NCBI RefSeq assembly: GCF_006345805.1
Contig: NW_021831846.1
Coordinates: 124,001 to 188,000, forward strand
Length of the DNA: 64,000 bases
Reading direction: 5' to 3'
From: Octopus sinensis
Lineage: Eukaryota
Shown one piece after another: positions 13,036 to 25,654 of the stretch. Below the pieces are notes generated by a model. That model made no database searches and was not told the origin of the DNA. It saw only the letters and a list, made by a program, of their open reading frames with translations. Position 1 is the first letter of the stretch. The number at the start of each line of letters is the position of its first letter. The translations under genes were made by a program, and so were the position numbers.

Positions 13036-13839
13036 GTAAGTGTCTTGAGTATTTAACCCTTTGTTGCCATATTTCTATTGAAATATTTTGTTTCAGTTAA
13101 TTTTGGAGAAAAAAATGAATTTAGTGAGGTGTCTTTCTCACTATTAAGCTTGTGTTTGGAAGAATAATTACCATGAAATTTTGATGGGAACTTTTTAGAT
13201 CACTTTAAACCTTTAACATTTAAAGTGGCCATGTCCAGCCAGAATAATATACATTTTATCTTCAAATTGGCCAGACCTGGCCTCTGACACCTATCATGTC
13301 ATTCTACAAAGTAATCATGTCATTGACATTTCAAAGCTACAAGGTAATGTATGATTAATTCAAATCAATGGGAATAAATAAGCATTGCCTTTGATAGAAA
13401 AATCTGAATGCTAAAGGGTTAAAACAGGAAGTTTATATCATGGTCCTAGACAGGTTGATATCAAAAGAATTAGTTCTTTCCAAAGGAATATTCTAAAACC
13501 ACTACTTATTTCAATTTGAGTTGGGCCCTTTTAAGTTTCTTTACAGGTTCTGCTGAATTTGTTTAAATAACCTGTTTAAATCTTGAGTTTTCACTTTTCT
13601 GCTTTGTATAAAAAAAAGAAATAAAAAACTTGATATCAATTTATACATTTATAAGTGGTATTTTTTTTTTTTATTATTATAAGGGCTCTCTTTTTGTTGA
13701 TTGAAAATTCAAATTTTTCTTTTTACATTTATATTTCCAATGTGTAATAATTTCCAAATTCTGATTGTAATTATCATGGTTAATTAAATTTTGTTTCCTA
13801 GTTCATTAAACAAATTTCTTAAATTTGTCATAACCATAC

Positions 13840-14370
13840 ATTCATCCATTTCCTCTACTCAATATTTTTGAGAGGGTTTCTGTGGGGCTGGTCCCCATAT
13901 GCTTCCCCCATAGGTACTTCAATCTTGCGTACCTATCGTTAACTTTCCAGCTGGATTCATATGTATGACCAACTGAGATGATGGATATTATTCAACCATT
14001 CTGTTCTTGGTCTACTCTGAGATCCTTGAAGCCAAACCATCTGGCAAGAGATCTGTTTTGCAATTCTTTCCTGTGACATTCTAATCACATGTCTATAGAA
14101 CCAGAGCTGCAGCAGCTCAGCCTGGAGAGTTTCTCTGATCTCCAAGCTCTTTACCTTATCGAGTAACATTACAGCTAAGATCCTTCAGAAGACTTCCATC
14201 CTGGTCTCTTGTATTCGCAATCTTGTATCAATTGGTCCATTACCTAACATTCATGACCATAGGTGAAGGTGGACATGGAAGCCAAACTGAAGATAGCAAT
14301 CTTGGCTATCTTATTTCTTCTGAGGATTGAATGCCTGGAGCTGGTGCATTATTACAGCTAAATTAGAAGC
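13840..14370 (-). mobile_element. Old RTE LINE fragment
   Basis: Decayed LWFYRHVIRMSQERIAK...SRPRTEW; similar decayed fragments at about 57120-57545 and 49690-50160. Confidence 0.65.
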
Positions 14371-14390
14371 TAGTCAACCTGATACATATT

Positions 14391-14775
14391 GGGAAGCACT
14401 CCGTCGGTTACGACGACGAGGGTTCCGGTTGATCCGAATCAACGGAACAGCCTGCTCGTGAAATTAACGTGTAAGTGGCTGAGCACTCCACAGACACGTG
14501 TACCCTTAACGTAGTTCTCGGGGATATTCAGCGTGACACAGAGAGTGACAAGGCTGGCCCCTTGAAATACAGATACAACAGAAACAGGAAGTAAGAGTGA
14601 GAGAAAGTTGTGGCGAAAGAGTACAGCAGGGATCACCACCATACCCTGCTGGAGCCTCGTGGAGCTTTAGGTGTTTTCGCTCAATAAACACTCACAACGC
14701 CCGGTCTGGGAATCGAAACCGCGATCCTATGACCGCGAGTCCGCTGCCCTAGCCACTAGGCCATTGCGCCTCCAC
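14391..14775 (-). mobile_element. tRNA-headed SINE family B (head GTGGAGGCGCAATGGCCTAGTGGTTAGGGC)
   Basis: A and B boxes on the minus strand; TSD TGATACATATT at 14380-14390 and 14776-14786. Confidence 0.88.
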
Positions 14776-16859
14776 TGATACATATTAACTAGTATACAAA
14801 AAAAACCCCCAAAAAACACAAGTAATTTTGAGAGTGAGGCATTCCATTGATATTTGTTTATTTTTAAAATTGTAGTTACTTGATCTAGAAGGGGAGCAGG
14901 TTCTCATGGCTTTTGTCAGGCTTCCTGGAGATAGTGAGATTGGTGCTGTTAAGGGCTCCCTTTTAACCTGTTGTAAGTTGATATAAGCAGGAAAGTTGTG
15001 GCAGTGAGATTCCAGCAAGTTGCTGTTCTGGGAAGATGGATGGGACTGAATTGTGGTCAGTGTAGTGGACTTGAGGGGGCTCAGCAAAAGGGGACACACA
15101 CAAAAAGAAAAATGGAGACGAGAAATGAGTGGGTCTCTGACTCGTACCAAAGAGCAGGCTGGATCGTTTTGTACCCTTTTTTCAGACTGGTATGGATGAT
15201 GTGGCTGATAACAAACATGAAGAAATAGAGGGAAGGTCGTTGGTGGAGATCTGGTCTGAATACCTTTAATAGAAATAGCAGCTGAATCTCCCTCAGATCA
15301 GTTCTGCTGGCATCCTGGAAAAGGACACGTTTGATATGGCCCTTGGCAAAAGACAGGATAGGCATGGTTTGAATGCCCTTGATTATAGGCCTGCTTGATC
15401 AGGTCTCAGTCAGGGTTAAACAACCATCACCACTGCTAAGGCCACTTAAGTATGTGGTGGTGACGGTGGTGTTAGCCCGGGGGTCATGGAAGTGTAAATA
15501 TGTGTAAAATGCTTGTGGGTATTGGAGGTTTATGTTGCAATATTTATGCTTATTGTAAAACCGTTGTATCTCTCTGAGACCCCACCCCCTCCATTATAAA
15601 ATATGGGGTTAATTGGAATTTGTGACACTTCTGTCGATTTCCCAAGGACATATTTAGCAACCTTTGTGAAACGTGGCCAACCTATGCCAACTGATTTTAA
15701 TTTGAATTGTAAATAATTTTATTATTGATAGTTGCTGCAAAGGCGGCAACAGCAGATTTCCCCTACTATCTTTGGTAATACCAGGCGAAGAAATGTATGT
15801 TGTTGATGTTAATGATGGTGATGATAATATTAATTTTGGCACAAGGCCAGCAGTTTTGAGGAGAGGGGGAGATCGTATCGATTTCAGGATTTGACTTCGT
15901 CAACCCCCCCACCTTCAAGCAGTGGTTCTCACCAGGGGGGGGGGGTTCATGTAAAATTTTGGTAAAATTTGTATAATAGTTTGCTTATGCTTCCACAATA
16001 CACACATTTAAAAAAAAAAAATCATGTAATTACAAAAATAATAGGATTTTTAAAGCATAGAAATGGCTTATGCGGGACCAGTAAAATAAAATAGGAATCA
16101 GAAGGGTCCATAGGCAAAAAATCTACTGCTCTAAAGGATTGTAGGCACTGTCGGGTCACAAAATATTTGGGATGGGTGTTGGGGGTCTTCAGATTAGCTT
16201 AAATTTCTTGTAATTGTCTTATTCACACAGTAAAGCTTTTTTTTTTTTATCTAACTTGGTACGGTAATACTTGTTTTTGCTGTTAAATTATTTCTCATGC
16301 TTGGCATAATATTACAAGCTATGTCAACCTTTTTTTTTTTTTTTCACTCAGCCGACCGTTTAATGAATAAACGAATATGATTCTGATGTAAAGTTAATTA
16401 CTGTTTGTGTGTGTGTGTGTGTGTCTTGTTATTCTGTTAATGTCATAAGCACCACAAGCCTTGGCGTTCTTGTGTGGTGGTCGTGGTGGTGAGGATTGTA
16501 TACGCAGGCATTTTATTTTAGGCAATGTACACTAAATTCTATAGTCTTTTCTAATTTTTAAAAGACTATATCACTCCACTCACCACCAAGTTAATTACAT
16601 CTAAAACATGTTTTAGTTCTAATTTACTAAGTCTCCCTCTGTGTGGGTGGGTGTATATATATATACACATACATACACACATAACATGGTATACGTAATG
16701 CCAAACCGTTTGGATTTTGGTTTTCCTCACTTTGCCTGATTAGTCTCGAGCAAGAGGCTTCACTTTATTTTATTTAAAAACAAAAAAAAGGAAAACTCCT
16801 GCCTCACTCCTTTAAGGAACTTCCCCCCTCAAACGATTCCCTTCTGTAATTTTGTTTTG

Positions 16860-16935
16860 TTTACATCGCTGGGCGGCCATCTTGGTTGTCTCATTTCTTT
16901 CACTGCCGCCATCTTTCTTGCCTCGTTCTCGGTTT
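16860..16935. promoter_or_regulatory. Promoter-like island with two YY1-type motifs inside intron 2
   Basis: GGCGGCCATCTTGG (16872-16885) and GCCGCCATCTTT (16905-16916) in a repeat-poor, CpG-retaining segment followed by a long CT-rich tract. Confidence 0.5.
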
Positions 16936-18519
16936 GGCCTTTAAATTTCCCAAATATTTTCTCTTTTTTTTCTTCTCCTCTCGTCTTTTTTCATTTTGAC
17001 TTTCGCTTCTCTCCTCTTATATCTAACTTCGATATATTTCTCCATTAAAAAAAAACAAAAAAACAAAAACAAAAAAAAACTCGACATTTTTTATTTTATT
17101 CTCCAAACAAGTATCTCTCCCTCTTCTCTCCTTTTCCTTTTTTTTTATTCTTCCTGTTACAGTTATCTTCCCTTACCCCTCCCCTACGTCTCTCCTTGTC
17201 TTTCCCATCCTCTGTTCGAAAGTAGAAGCATTCATTCCGTTTGTAAACTTGATGCCTACTTAACTAAGCACTCATCTCTCATTTCTCCCCCTATTTACTA
17301 TTAGTTTCCTCTCATTCATTACTTCTGTTCTAATTACTCGCTGCCTTCCCCCCCTCCATCCAACCACCCATCCTTCCTCTCTCTTTAATCTTACTGCACT
17401 ATATATCTATATGTACTTTTACTCCACCTCTCTCTCCATCTCTTTCTTTTTCTTTGTTCCCCCCCCCTCTTCTTTTAAATGGACATTCGTTTATTTTTGT
17501 TGCATAACACCTTTTTTTTTGCTCGCTTCGTAATGTTATCGTTGGCATCCAATGTCCGTGTTTACATTTCAAGAAATTAAATTGTCAACCGCCGCCTTCG
17601 CACCCACCCTCCTCCTTTAATGTTGCATCTCGCACCAGTCTTTGTTTAACCAATACCAAACACACACACACACACACATATAAACTGTCATTGTTGTGTA
17701 GCCCAAAGTCAGCTCTGATCGAGTAAGATTTATGGTCAGATGCACTCCACTAGTGACCGTCTGGTCCTATATACTTACGCCTACAGTATCCAATGTGTCC
17801 GTCATTTTCTAAAGACGCCAGTGCGTGACTTGTCGGAATTTGGCTACTGTTTATAGAAGGTCGACTGTTCAAATTGTATTCAGTTTCTCCGTATTGCTCG
17901 GCAGTTACTTATTGTAATTGATGTTTGTCTTATGAAACAAAGTACATTTCACTAAGCATTGATTAACGTAAGATGTGGCTGCATCGAAGTGTATTCTCTA
18001 CGTCTTGTGACCTAGTTGTTTTTCATTTCACATCTTTAGTAATTTCCCTAGCTCCAGGTCAGTTTTCATATGCAAATGTAGGATCAAATCTTCCAGCAGA
18101 TTTGATAATGGAGCGAACCCGCATTATCAGATGTTTTCCATTCTTTTCCTTGTCCAAACCATTTTTAATACGTTTGTCCTAAACGTCCACACTTATTTTC
18201 AAACTTGCAGTTAGCCCTTGCGTTCTGAATAGTGGAAAAGCTTTCCTTTCATGAATCCCAAATTACTCTGGTGGTTGGATAAAAAATGTGTATCATACGA
18301 TATGTGAACGCCAGAGAAATATGCCCTGTGTATCATGTGATACAAAACAGGTAAAGTGTGGAGTAACTTGAGTGAAATTCGTTTGCTACTTTGTAACAGG
18401 TCGAGAGACCACACAGTAACAGATCAAGAGACTCTACGTAGTTACAACCAGTTTCCCTTAGCCTACCCTACAAACCTTTAAAGCAGGTCCTTCGCTAAGC
18501 CCTTAGAATCCCTGTGGCC

Positions 18520-19040
18520 GCAGGGGGCCTCTGCAGTTCAGGGGCCCTATGTGAAGATCAAAGTACATACATGAATCATCTATTTATTTTGGCTAAGATG
18601 TTGAACAAGAATTAAACTGTTAACTGAAAATTTTAAGAAATAAAATGGTAATACATTGTACCTGCAAAAGTTCTTGTAAAAATATTACATTGTACCATGG
18701 ACGTGTACCAGACTGGATTATTTGATATCTATTGGACACGGACTTAGCTCTCAGCTTGATTATTCTGAACTGATCAATGATTTTGCGAAGCGAAAAGTGC
18801 ACTGTGTTTGTCTTTGAAAGTTGCCTGGGTTATAAAAGTGCTCTTTTATTTATATCTGGAAGTTTTGCTTATTGAAATTTGTAATAGACCTAAATAAATT
18901 TAACTTGTACTTTTAAAAATGTTCTTTAGAATAACATGAAATATTGAAGTTATGATGGAATAAAGAAAAATATAGCTATGAATAAAAAGTCTGTCGATTA
19001 GGATGGGTCCTTGAAGCAAAGTTACGGCGGGGTGGGGAGC
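18520..19040 (+). mobile_element. Decayed hAT transposon remnant
   Basis: 18710-18817 reads RLDYLISIGHGLSSQLDYSELINDFAKRKVHCVCL*, resembling the hAT transposase C-terminal dimerisation tail; GGGGCCC subterminal-type motifs upstream. Boundaries approximate. Confidence 0.55.
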
Positions 19041-19242
19041 TCTAAAAGTCACATGGAGCTGAAGCAAAGATGCAATACCTGAAGGTGCAGGGAAGAGATG
19101 GCCTTGGATAGAATGCTTTTGATCATGTATATGCTCAAATATATATATATTAGCTTGGAATGATCAACAACTGACAGAAGACAGAATATCAATCTAATTT
19201 CAAAGAACTTTCAAAGATTTTGGTATCTCAGGATTGCATCTC

Positions 19243-19644
19243 TTTACTCTTTTACTCTTTTACTTGTTTCAGTCATTTGACTGCGGCCATGCTGGAGCAC
19301 CGCCTTTAATCGAGCAACTCGACCCCGGGACTTATTCTTTTGTAAGCCCAGTACTTATTCTATCAGTCTCTTTTGCCGAACTGCTAAGTAACGGGGACGT
19401 AAACACACCAGCATCGGTTGTCAAGCAATGCTAGGGGGACAAACACAGACACACACACACACACACACACACACCTATATACGACAGGCTTCTTTCAGTT
19501 TCTGTCTACCAAATCCACTCACAAGGCATTGGTTGGCCTGGGGCTATAGCAGAAGACACTTGCCCAAGATGCCACACAGTGGGACTGAACCCGGAACCAT
19601 GTGGTAGGTAAGGAAGCTACTTACCACACAGCCACTCCTGCGCC
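19243..19644 (-). mobile_element. SINE family A
   Basis: Full-length reverse copy. Confidence 0.85.
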
Positions 19645-20214
19645 TAATATAACATCTATTCATGTTATATTATGACTCGCTTTATTTTTGGATCTATATG
19701 TTGTGAGTATATCCTGAACATCTTCATCCCCAGCTGATCCGTGTATCATTTTCAATTTATAACCGATGCATAGGTCTTGCCGTGAATGATATTTTCATTT
19801 AATGTCTGCTTTTGACGCTGGCATGGGTTGCACAGTTTGATAGGATCCAGCAAGCTACAGGGTGCTCCGAGCCCCAGCGTCAGCTCAGCTTTGACATGGT
19901 TTCTATAGCTGGATGCCCTTCTTAAGGTTATCCACTTTACAGTGTCTACAGAGTGCTTTATTCGTGCCAAGCAATTTTCAAGGCAGAAAAGATTGCTGGG
20001 GTGAAGAGTGGAGGTACAAAGACTCCATCACCACCACATACACATACATACACACACACACACAACAAAGTGAGGGAAGTGGTATTTCAGAGGGAGAAGT
20101 GGTTTTATGCCAGGTGTTGAAAGGCTAAAGTACAATAAAGGGGAAAATAGGTGTCTTGCTGAAGAGGAGATACATGGCCATCCCACATCTTAGGGTGGGT
20201 GGTCATGTGAAGAC

Positions 20215-20295
20215 CATAACATTGCATCTGAATCTGTCAATATATCACAACATAGCAAATTGAGTTTCTCTACATATGTTCTAAAAATTCTTAGA
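20215..20295 (+). repeat. 81-bp direct repeat, copy 1 (copy 2 at 25484-25564)
   Basis: CATAACATTGCATCTGAATCTGTC...CTAAAAAT(T/G)CTTAGA, 80/81 identical. Confidence 0.93.
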
Positions 20296-21119
20296 CCTAA
20301 CTGTCAAAAGTAATTAGTATCTATATTAGTATTTCTGAAGAACAAGTTTAAATTAATGCACACACAAGGAGACAGAGGTGCATACATATACAAACACATG
20401 CTCACACACACACATACATACATATGCACACATACACATACATACGTCCATGCATGCATGTATAGGCACACACACTGATCCACACACATGCGCACAAACA
20501 AACAAAAGGGAACGCAGTGTGAATAACGGACAGTCAAAACTATTGAAAAGGTTGCAAGACGCAACAAAAATTTTAGGAAAATAAAAATAAGAAATAAGTG
20601 GAAATTTTACCGGTGAGTGTGTTAAATAATAAGGCACTAAAAGAGAATGACTCTCCCCAGACACAACAGAAGTTTAAATTAAGTTATGGTTATACTTGTA
20701 TTTAACACATGTAGCAGTTAATATCAACAAGCATGGCTGCTTTACAACCACATATGTTTAGAATAAATCTCAACACATGGCATTTTTAAACAAATGTTTT
20801 CAACTATAACTTTGGGCTGACCAGTGTGAGAGAATTTGGTGAATGAAAACTGTACAGAAACCTGTTTGTTTGTTTCACACTGTTTTACAATCAATATTGA
20901 TTTGTATTTGTTTGAAGCTCTGTGATTCAGCAGAAAGTCTGATAGAATGAGTACCGAAATACTAGTGATTCCTCTGTATTGTTAGACTTTTTTGTTGATA
21001 CACAAAGCTTTTCTCTTGCTCTCCATGATCCCACTTAGCTCTGATACTCCCATTTGTAATTAGGCTTATGTTTTTCATACCTTGAATAAAAAAGCATGCA
21101 GCATATATATATCCAAACC

Positions 21120-21634
21120 ATCCAAACGTGGCACATGACCTGCTGTGCCTGAGACCTATTGAGTCAAGTACATCAAAATAAATATCAAATGGAAATAGTA
21201 GTTGCGATACCTGTGCCAGTGGCACGTAAAAAGCACCATCCGAACGTGGCCAATGCCAGCGCCGCTTTGACTGGCTTCTGTGCTGGTGGCACGTAAAAAG
21301 CACCAACCAATCGTGGCTGCTGCCAGCCTCCCCTGGCACCTATGCTGGTGGCACATAAAAAGCACCAACCAATCGTGGCTGCTGCCAGCCTCCCCTGGCA
21401 CTTGTGCCGGTGGAACGTAAAAAGCACCAACCAATCATGGCTGCTGCCAGCCTCCCCTGGCACGTAAAAAGCACCCACTACACTCACGGAGTGGTTGGCG
21501 TTAGGAAGGGCATCCAGCTGTAGAAACACTGCCAGATCAGACTGGAGCCTGGTGCAGCCTCCTGGCTTCCCAGACCCCGGTTGAAAGCCGTGTTAGCATG
21601 GAAAACAGACGTTAAACGATGATGATGATGATGA
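21120..21634 (+). mobile_element. RTE LINE 3' UTR fragment with 62-bp tandem units
   Basis: Matches the reverse complement of 31731-32240 and ends in (GAT)n. Related fragments at about 24906-25240 (-), 26850-26977 (+), 35797-35993 (-), 40820-41400 (+) and 47455-47838 (-). Confidence 0.82.
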
Positions 21635-21693
21635 TATATAGACAGTGTGAACCATAAGACTAGTTTTTAGTACCTTGACCTGTTTGGGTTTAA

Positions 21694-21913
21694 CCCTTTT
21701 GTTACTGTATTTATTTTGAGATGCTCTGTGTTTGTTTCAATTACTTTAAATATAACAAAGAATTTAGTAAAATAACTTAGTTATCATTAAGCTAGTGTCA
21801 GGAACATTAATTGTGACTAAGGTTTGGTGGCAAATTTTACTTCAAAACTTATGAAAACAAGACATTAGTACTCAGAGCTAGAGCCGGTTTTGGCCGGGTT
21901 AGTAATGAAAGGG
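21694..21913. mobile_element. TTAA-flanked piggyBac-type MITE
   Basis: Same TIRs and body as the 6755 copy. Confidence 0.85.
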
Positions 21914-22598
21914 TTAAAGGACAAAACTGTGTCATTGTGACTGCTTTATCTATATACTACTAAAACTGATTCCTTGCTTTCTTGCATGCTTGCTTGTCTG
22001 TAATTTAATACAGCCAAACTGGTGCATAATGGGAAAAATATTCCGAAAGAAAGGTACCCCTGAAATGTGAATACAAACAAAACAAGTTTCGCTTAAATTG
22101 GACCATGGATTCCTGAGACGTTTTTTTTTGGTGGTGGTGGTGGGATACCTTAAAAATAGCCAAAGTGGCACATAATGGAAAATACTCTGAAATAGGAATA
22201 AATAATACTGTAAAAATTGTTTCCATTAAGTTTGTTTATGTTCTATAACCATTCCTTTTACATTTTGTTGAAGTGTGCACATATCCCATAAATAAATGCT
22301 GTTACTGGAGTTCATCCCAGAAGTTCTATTTCTGTTAGTTGCTATAAATAAGCGATAAAACCTTAAATATGAACATGATGACATGAATGAAATAAAATAT
22401 TTAACGGAATCATCATAAAATTAACTTTCATTTCAGTGCCATGTTGAAATCAGCTTCACCGTTTTCTAAACTGAACCAACAGTGACCCAATAGGTCACGG
22501 GCAGTCTGGTATTTCAGTAAAAGTTACAAGTAGTCATTAGGGAAAAAACGTATAAAATCAAAAAGTTGGTTTTATTAAAAAAAAAAGTTAGGTACATA

Positions 22599-22728
22599 GG
22601 CGCAGGAGTGGCTGTGTGGTAAGTAGCTTGCTTACCAACCACATGGTTCTGGGTTCAGTCCCATTGCGTGGCTGACCAAAGCCTTGTGAGTGGATTTGGT
22701 AGACGGAAACTGAAAGAAGCCCATCATG

Positions 22729-22776
<48 letters not shown>

Positions 22777-22977
22777 ATATATATGTGTATGTATGTTTGT
22801 GTGTCTGTGTTTGTCTTCCCAACATCGCTTGACAACCGATGCTGGTGTGTTTACATCCCCCGTAACTTAGCGGTTCGGCAAAAGAGATCTAAAGGATAAG
22901 TCCTGGGGTTGATTTGCTCGACTATAGGTGGTGCTCCAGCATGGCCACAGTCAAATGACTGAAACAAGTAAAAGAGT
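22599..22977 (+). mobile_element. SINE family A
   Basis: Copy with small deletions and a long (TA)n. Confidence 0.85.
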
Positions 22978-23715
22978 ATAGTCTTTATTAAATGCTGTTA
23001 TAGAATAAGTTTGGTATTTCTATCAGACTCTCTTGCTGAACCACTAAGTTATGGGGACATCAAAAATATAAATCCCAAATTTACTAACCTTTTCTTTATA
23101 GAAACAGATGCTTCTTCATAGATCTTAAATCTGATTTTTAGTAGGAGAAAAAAAAAATTGTTGAAATCTGTGAAAATGTGTTATATTACATTTTGCTTTG
23201 AAAGTCTGTACATTTTTCACTGTTTCCAAAGCCCTGCACTTTGCTAGCAACGATGCTGTAAATGTTGGATTAGTAGCTTACTGTAAGCTTAAATCTTTAG
23301 CGTTCATATTACTCTGTCAAATGTAAAACACCTTTATTCATACTGTTTTGAATTAATCATGCATTATCTTGTAGCTTTGAGATTTCAGTGGTGTGATTGT
23401 TTCGAATGATATTGTCAGGTGTGAAAGGCTAGATGTGGCCAGTTTGAACTTAAAACAGGTAGAATATTTGGGCTAAAGGGTTACGCTAGTAGCATGTAAA
23501 CTGGCCATATCCTATCCTACAATGTCATTTTAAGAATAATCACATCATTGAAATCTCAAGACTACGAGATAATGCATGGTGAATTCTAAAACAATATGAA
23601 TATAAATAAGCCTTACATTTGACAATAATCAGAATGCTAAAAGGTTAAACCTGCTGTGATGGTGGCGTTATGAACCAGGGCTGCAGATTCTAGAGATAAA
23701 AAAAAGAAAACTATT

Positions 23716-24000
23716 GGCGCAGGAGTGGCTGTGTGGTAAGTAGCTTGCTTACCAACCATATGGTTCCGGGTTCAGTCCCACTGTATGGCACCTTGGGCAA
23801 GTGTCTTCTGCTATAGCCTCGGGCTGACAAAGCCTTGTGAATGGATTATGTCCCCGTTACTTAGCGGTTCGGCAAATGAGCCCGATAGAATAAGTACTGG
23901 GCTTACAAAAAAACAAGTCCTGGGGTCGAGTTGCTGAATTAAAGGCGGTGCTCCAGCATGGCCACAGTCAAATGACTGAAACCAGTAAAAGAGTAAAGAG
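23716..24000 (+). mobile_element. SINE family A, internally deleted
   Basis: Head and tail present, central microsatellite block missing. Confidence 0.82.
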
Positions 24001-25483
24001 TATTGATGCCTAGGCGTAAAACGTTTTAAAATTTTCAATTTTATAGATAGTATTTTGACTATTTCGATATAATTTGAAAAACCTTTAAGGTAGGAGGCTG
24101 TGGTAGAAGCAGTTCTGTTTCTTCAAAAAAGTTGTCAGTAAATTTTGGATTTTGATTTAATTCTTAGTCTGTAGGAAAGATTCTTTTCGTAAATTATATT
24201 TAAAAAAAATTTTTTTGTCCAGCTAAACTTTTCATTCCTTTACAGCATAATTATATCATTAATGTAATCGTTAATGTGGTATTCACTTCAGTTTTGTATT
24301 TAAAATGTTTTAGCTTCAAAAAGGCAGGGTTACATACCTAATTGGTTTCATTTCTATTAAACTGGTCATTTCAGTTGTATTAGGTGTTAAGAATATACCA
24401 CAGTGACAGCTCTAACCTTTACACCATAACAGGTTAGGGTGTTAAAAAATCTGTTCATTCACACGGGCCTGTGTATTATGTACTTTCAATCAAAATAGAT
24501 GCTTAATTGTTTAGCATTCAGTTTTTTTGTTTTTTTTCTGTACAAGCATGAGTTGGGCAGTTTAACGGGAACCAGTAAGCAAGGGAACTTCTGAGCACTG
24601 ATTCTGCCAGGGTTGATTTTGCTTGTAGTCTTGTTTGGGGGCAGTGTTATAAAAAAGACAAAAAAATTACTGGTCAAGTACCTGAGGTGATAATATTGAA
24701 TATGCACTTCCCTTGACTTTGAATTTGAGTGCCTGTGTTTGAAATCACCTCAAGGCGTGGGGGTGGTGGGGTCACTGCCAAAATATCCTGCATTCTTTAG
24801 TTAGCAATGGTTTGGCGTTTATATTATATTAAATGTAATACTTATTTGTTCACATTGTTTTGAATTAATGCCGCATTATCTCATAGCATTGAGAGTTCAA
24901 TGATGTCATCATCGTTTAATGTCCGTTTTCCATGCTAGCATGGGTTGGACGGTTCAACTGGGGTCTGGGAAGCCAGGAGGCTGCACCAGGCCCAGTCTGA
25001 TCTGGCAGTGTTTCTACAGCTGGATGCCCTTCCTAACGCCAACCACTCCGAGAGTGTAGTGGGTGCTTTTTATGTGCCACTTGCACGGGGGCCAGACGAG
25101 GCTGGCAAAGGCCACAATCGGATGGTGCTTTTTCGTGCCACCGGCATGAAGGCCAGTTGGGGGCGGCGCTGGCAACGGCTACGTTCGGACGGTTCTCTTA
25201 CATGCCACCGGCACTGGTATCTCAGCTACAATTTCCATTGATGTTGAAAGATGTGATTGTTTATTTTGAGAATGACCATGTGAGGTAGGTGTGATAGGCC
25301 AAATCTGGCCATTTTGAACATAAAATAAATATTTGAACCAAATGTGGCTGGTTTAAATGCTGAAGGGTGAATAAAGATTTGGTAGTCAGCATCGTCACCA
25401 GGAACCAACATCTGTTGCTCAGGTTACGACTAATAGCCTGTTCAGAGCTGTCAAGGAATGTTTTTGTTTCAGAGTCTGTTTAA

Positions 25484-25564
25484 CATAACATTGCATCTGA
25501 ATCTGTCAATATATCACAACATAGCAAATTGAGTTTCTCTACATATGTTCTAAAAATGCTTAGA
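25484..25564 (+). repeat. 81-bp direct repeat, copy 2
   Basis: Same sequence as 20215-20295 with one substitution. Confidence 0.93.
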
Positions 25565-25620
25565 ATGCACTAATCACCCATCACTGTTTGTGACACACAG
25601 CTGGTTTCTTATGAGATTGG

Positions 25621-25654
<34 letters not shown>

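Noticed and set aside
14700-14775. tRNA-like sequences (also about 7826-7900, 9285-9356, 43460-43520)
   Set aside because: They are SINE heads continuous with SINE bodies and bounded by TSDs, not standalone tRNA genes.
21220-21480. Regularly spaced GGCACGTAAAAAGCACC motifs resembling a CRISPR array (also 31891-32165)
   Set aside because: The intervening sequences are themselves repeats, the array lies in a LINE 3' UTR, the DNA is eukaryotic and there are no cas genes.
20215-25564. LTR retrotransposon bounded by the 81-bp direct repeats
   Set aside because: No TG...CA termini, primer-binding site, polypurine tract, TSD or gag/pol remnants; the interior is old intron sequence.
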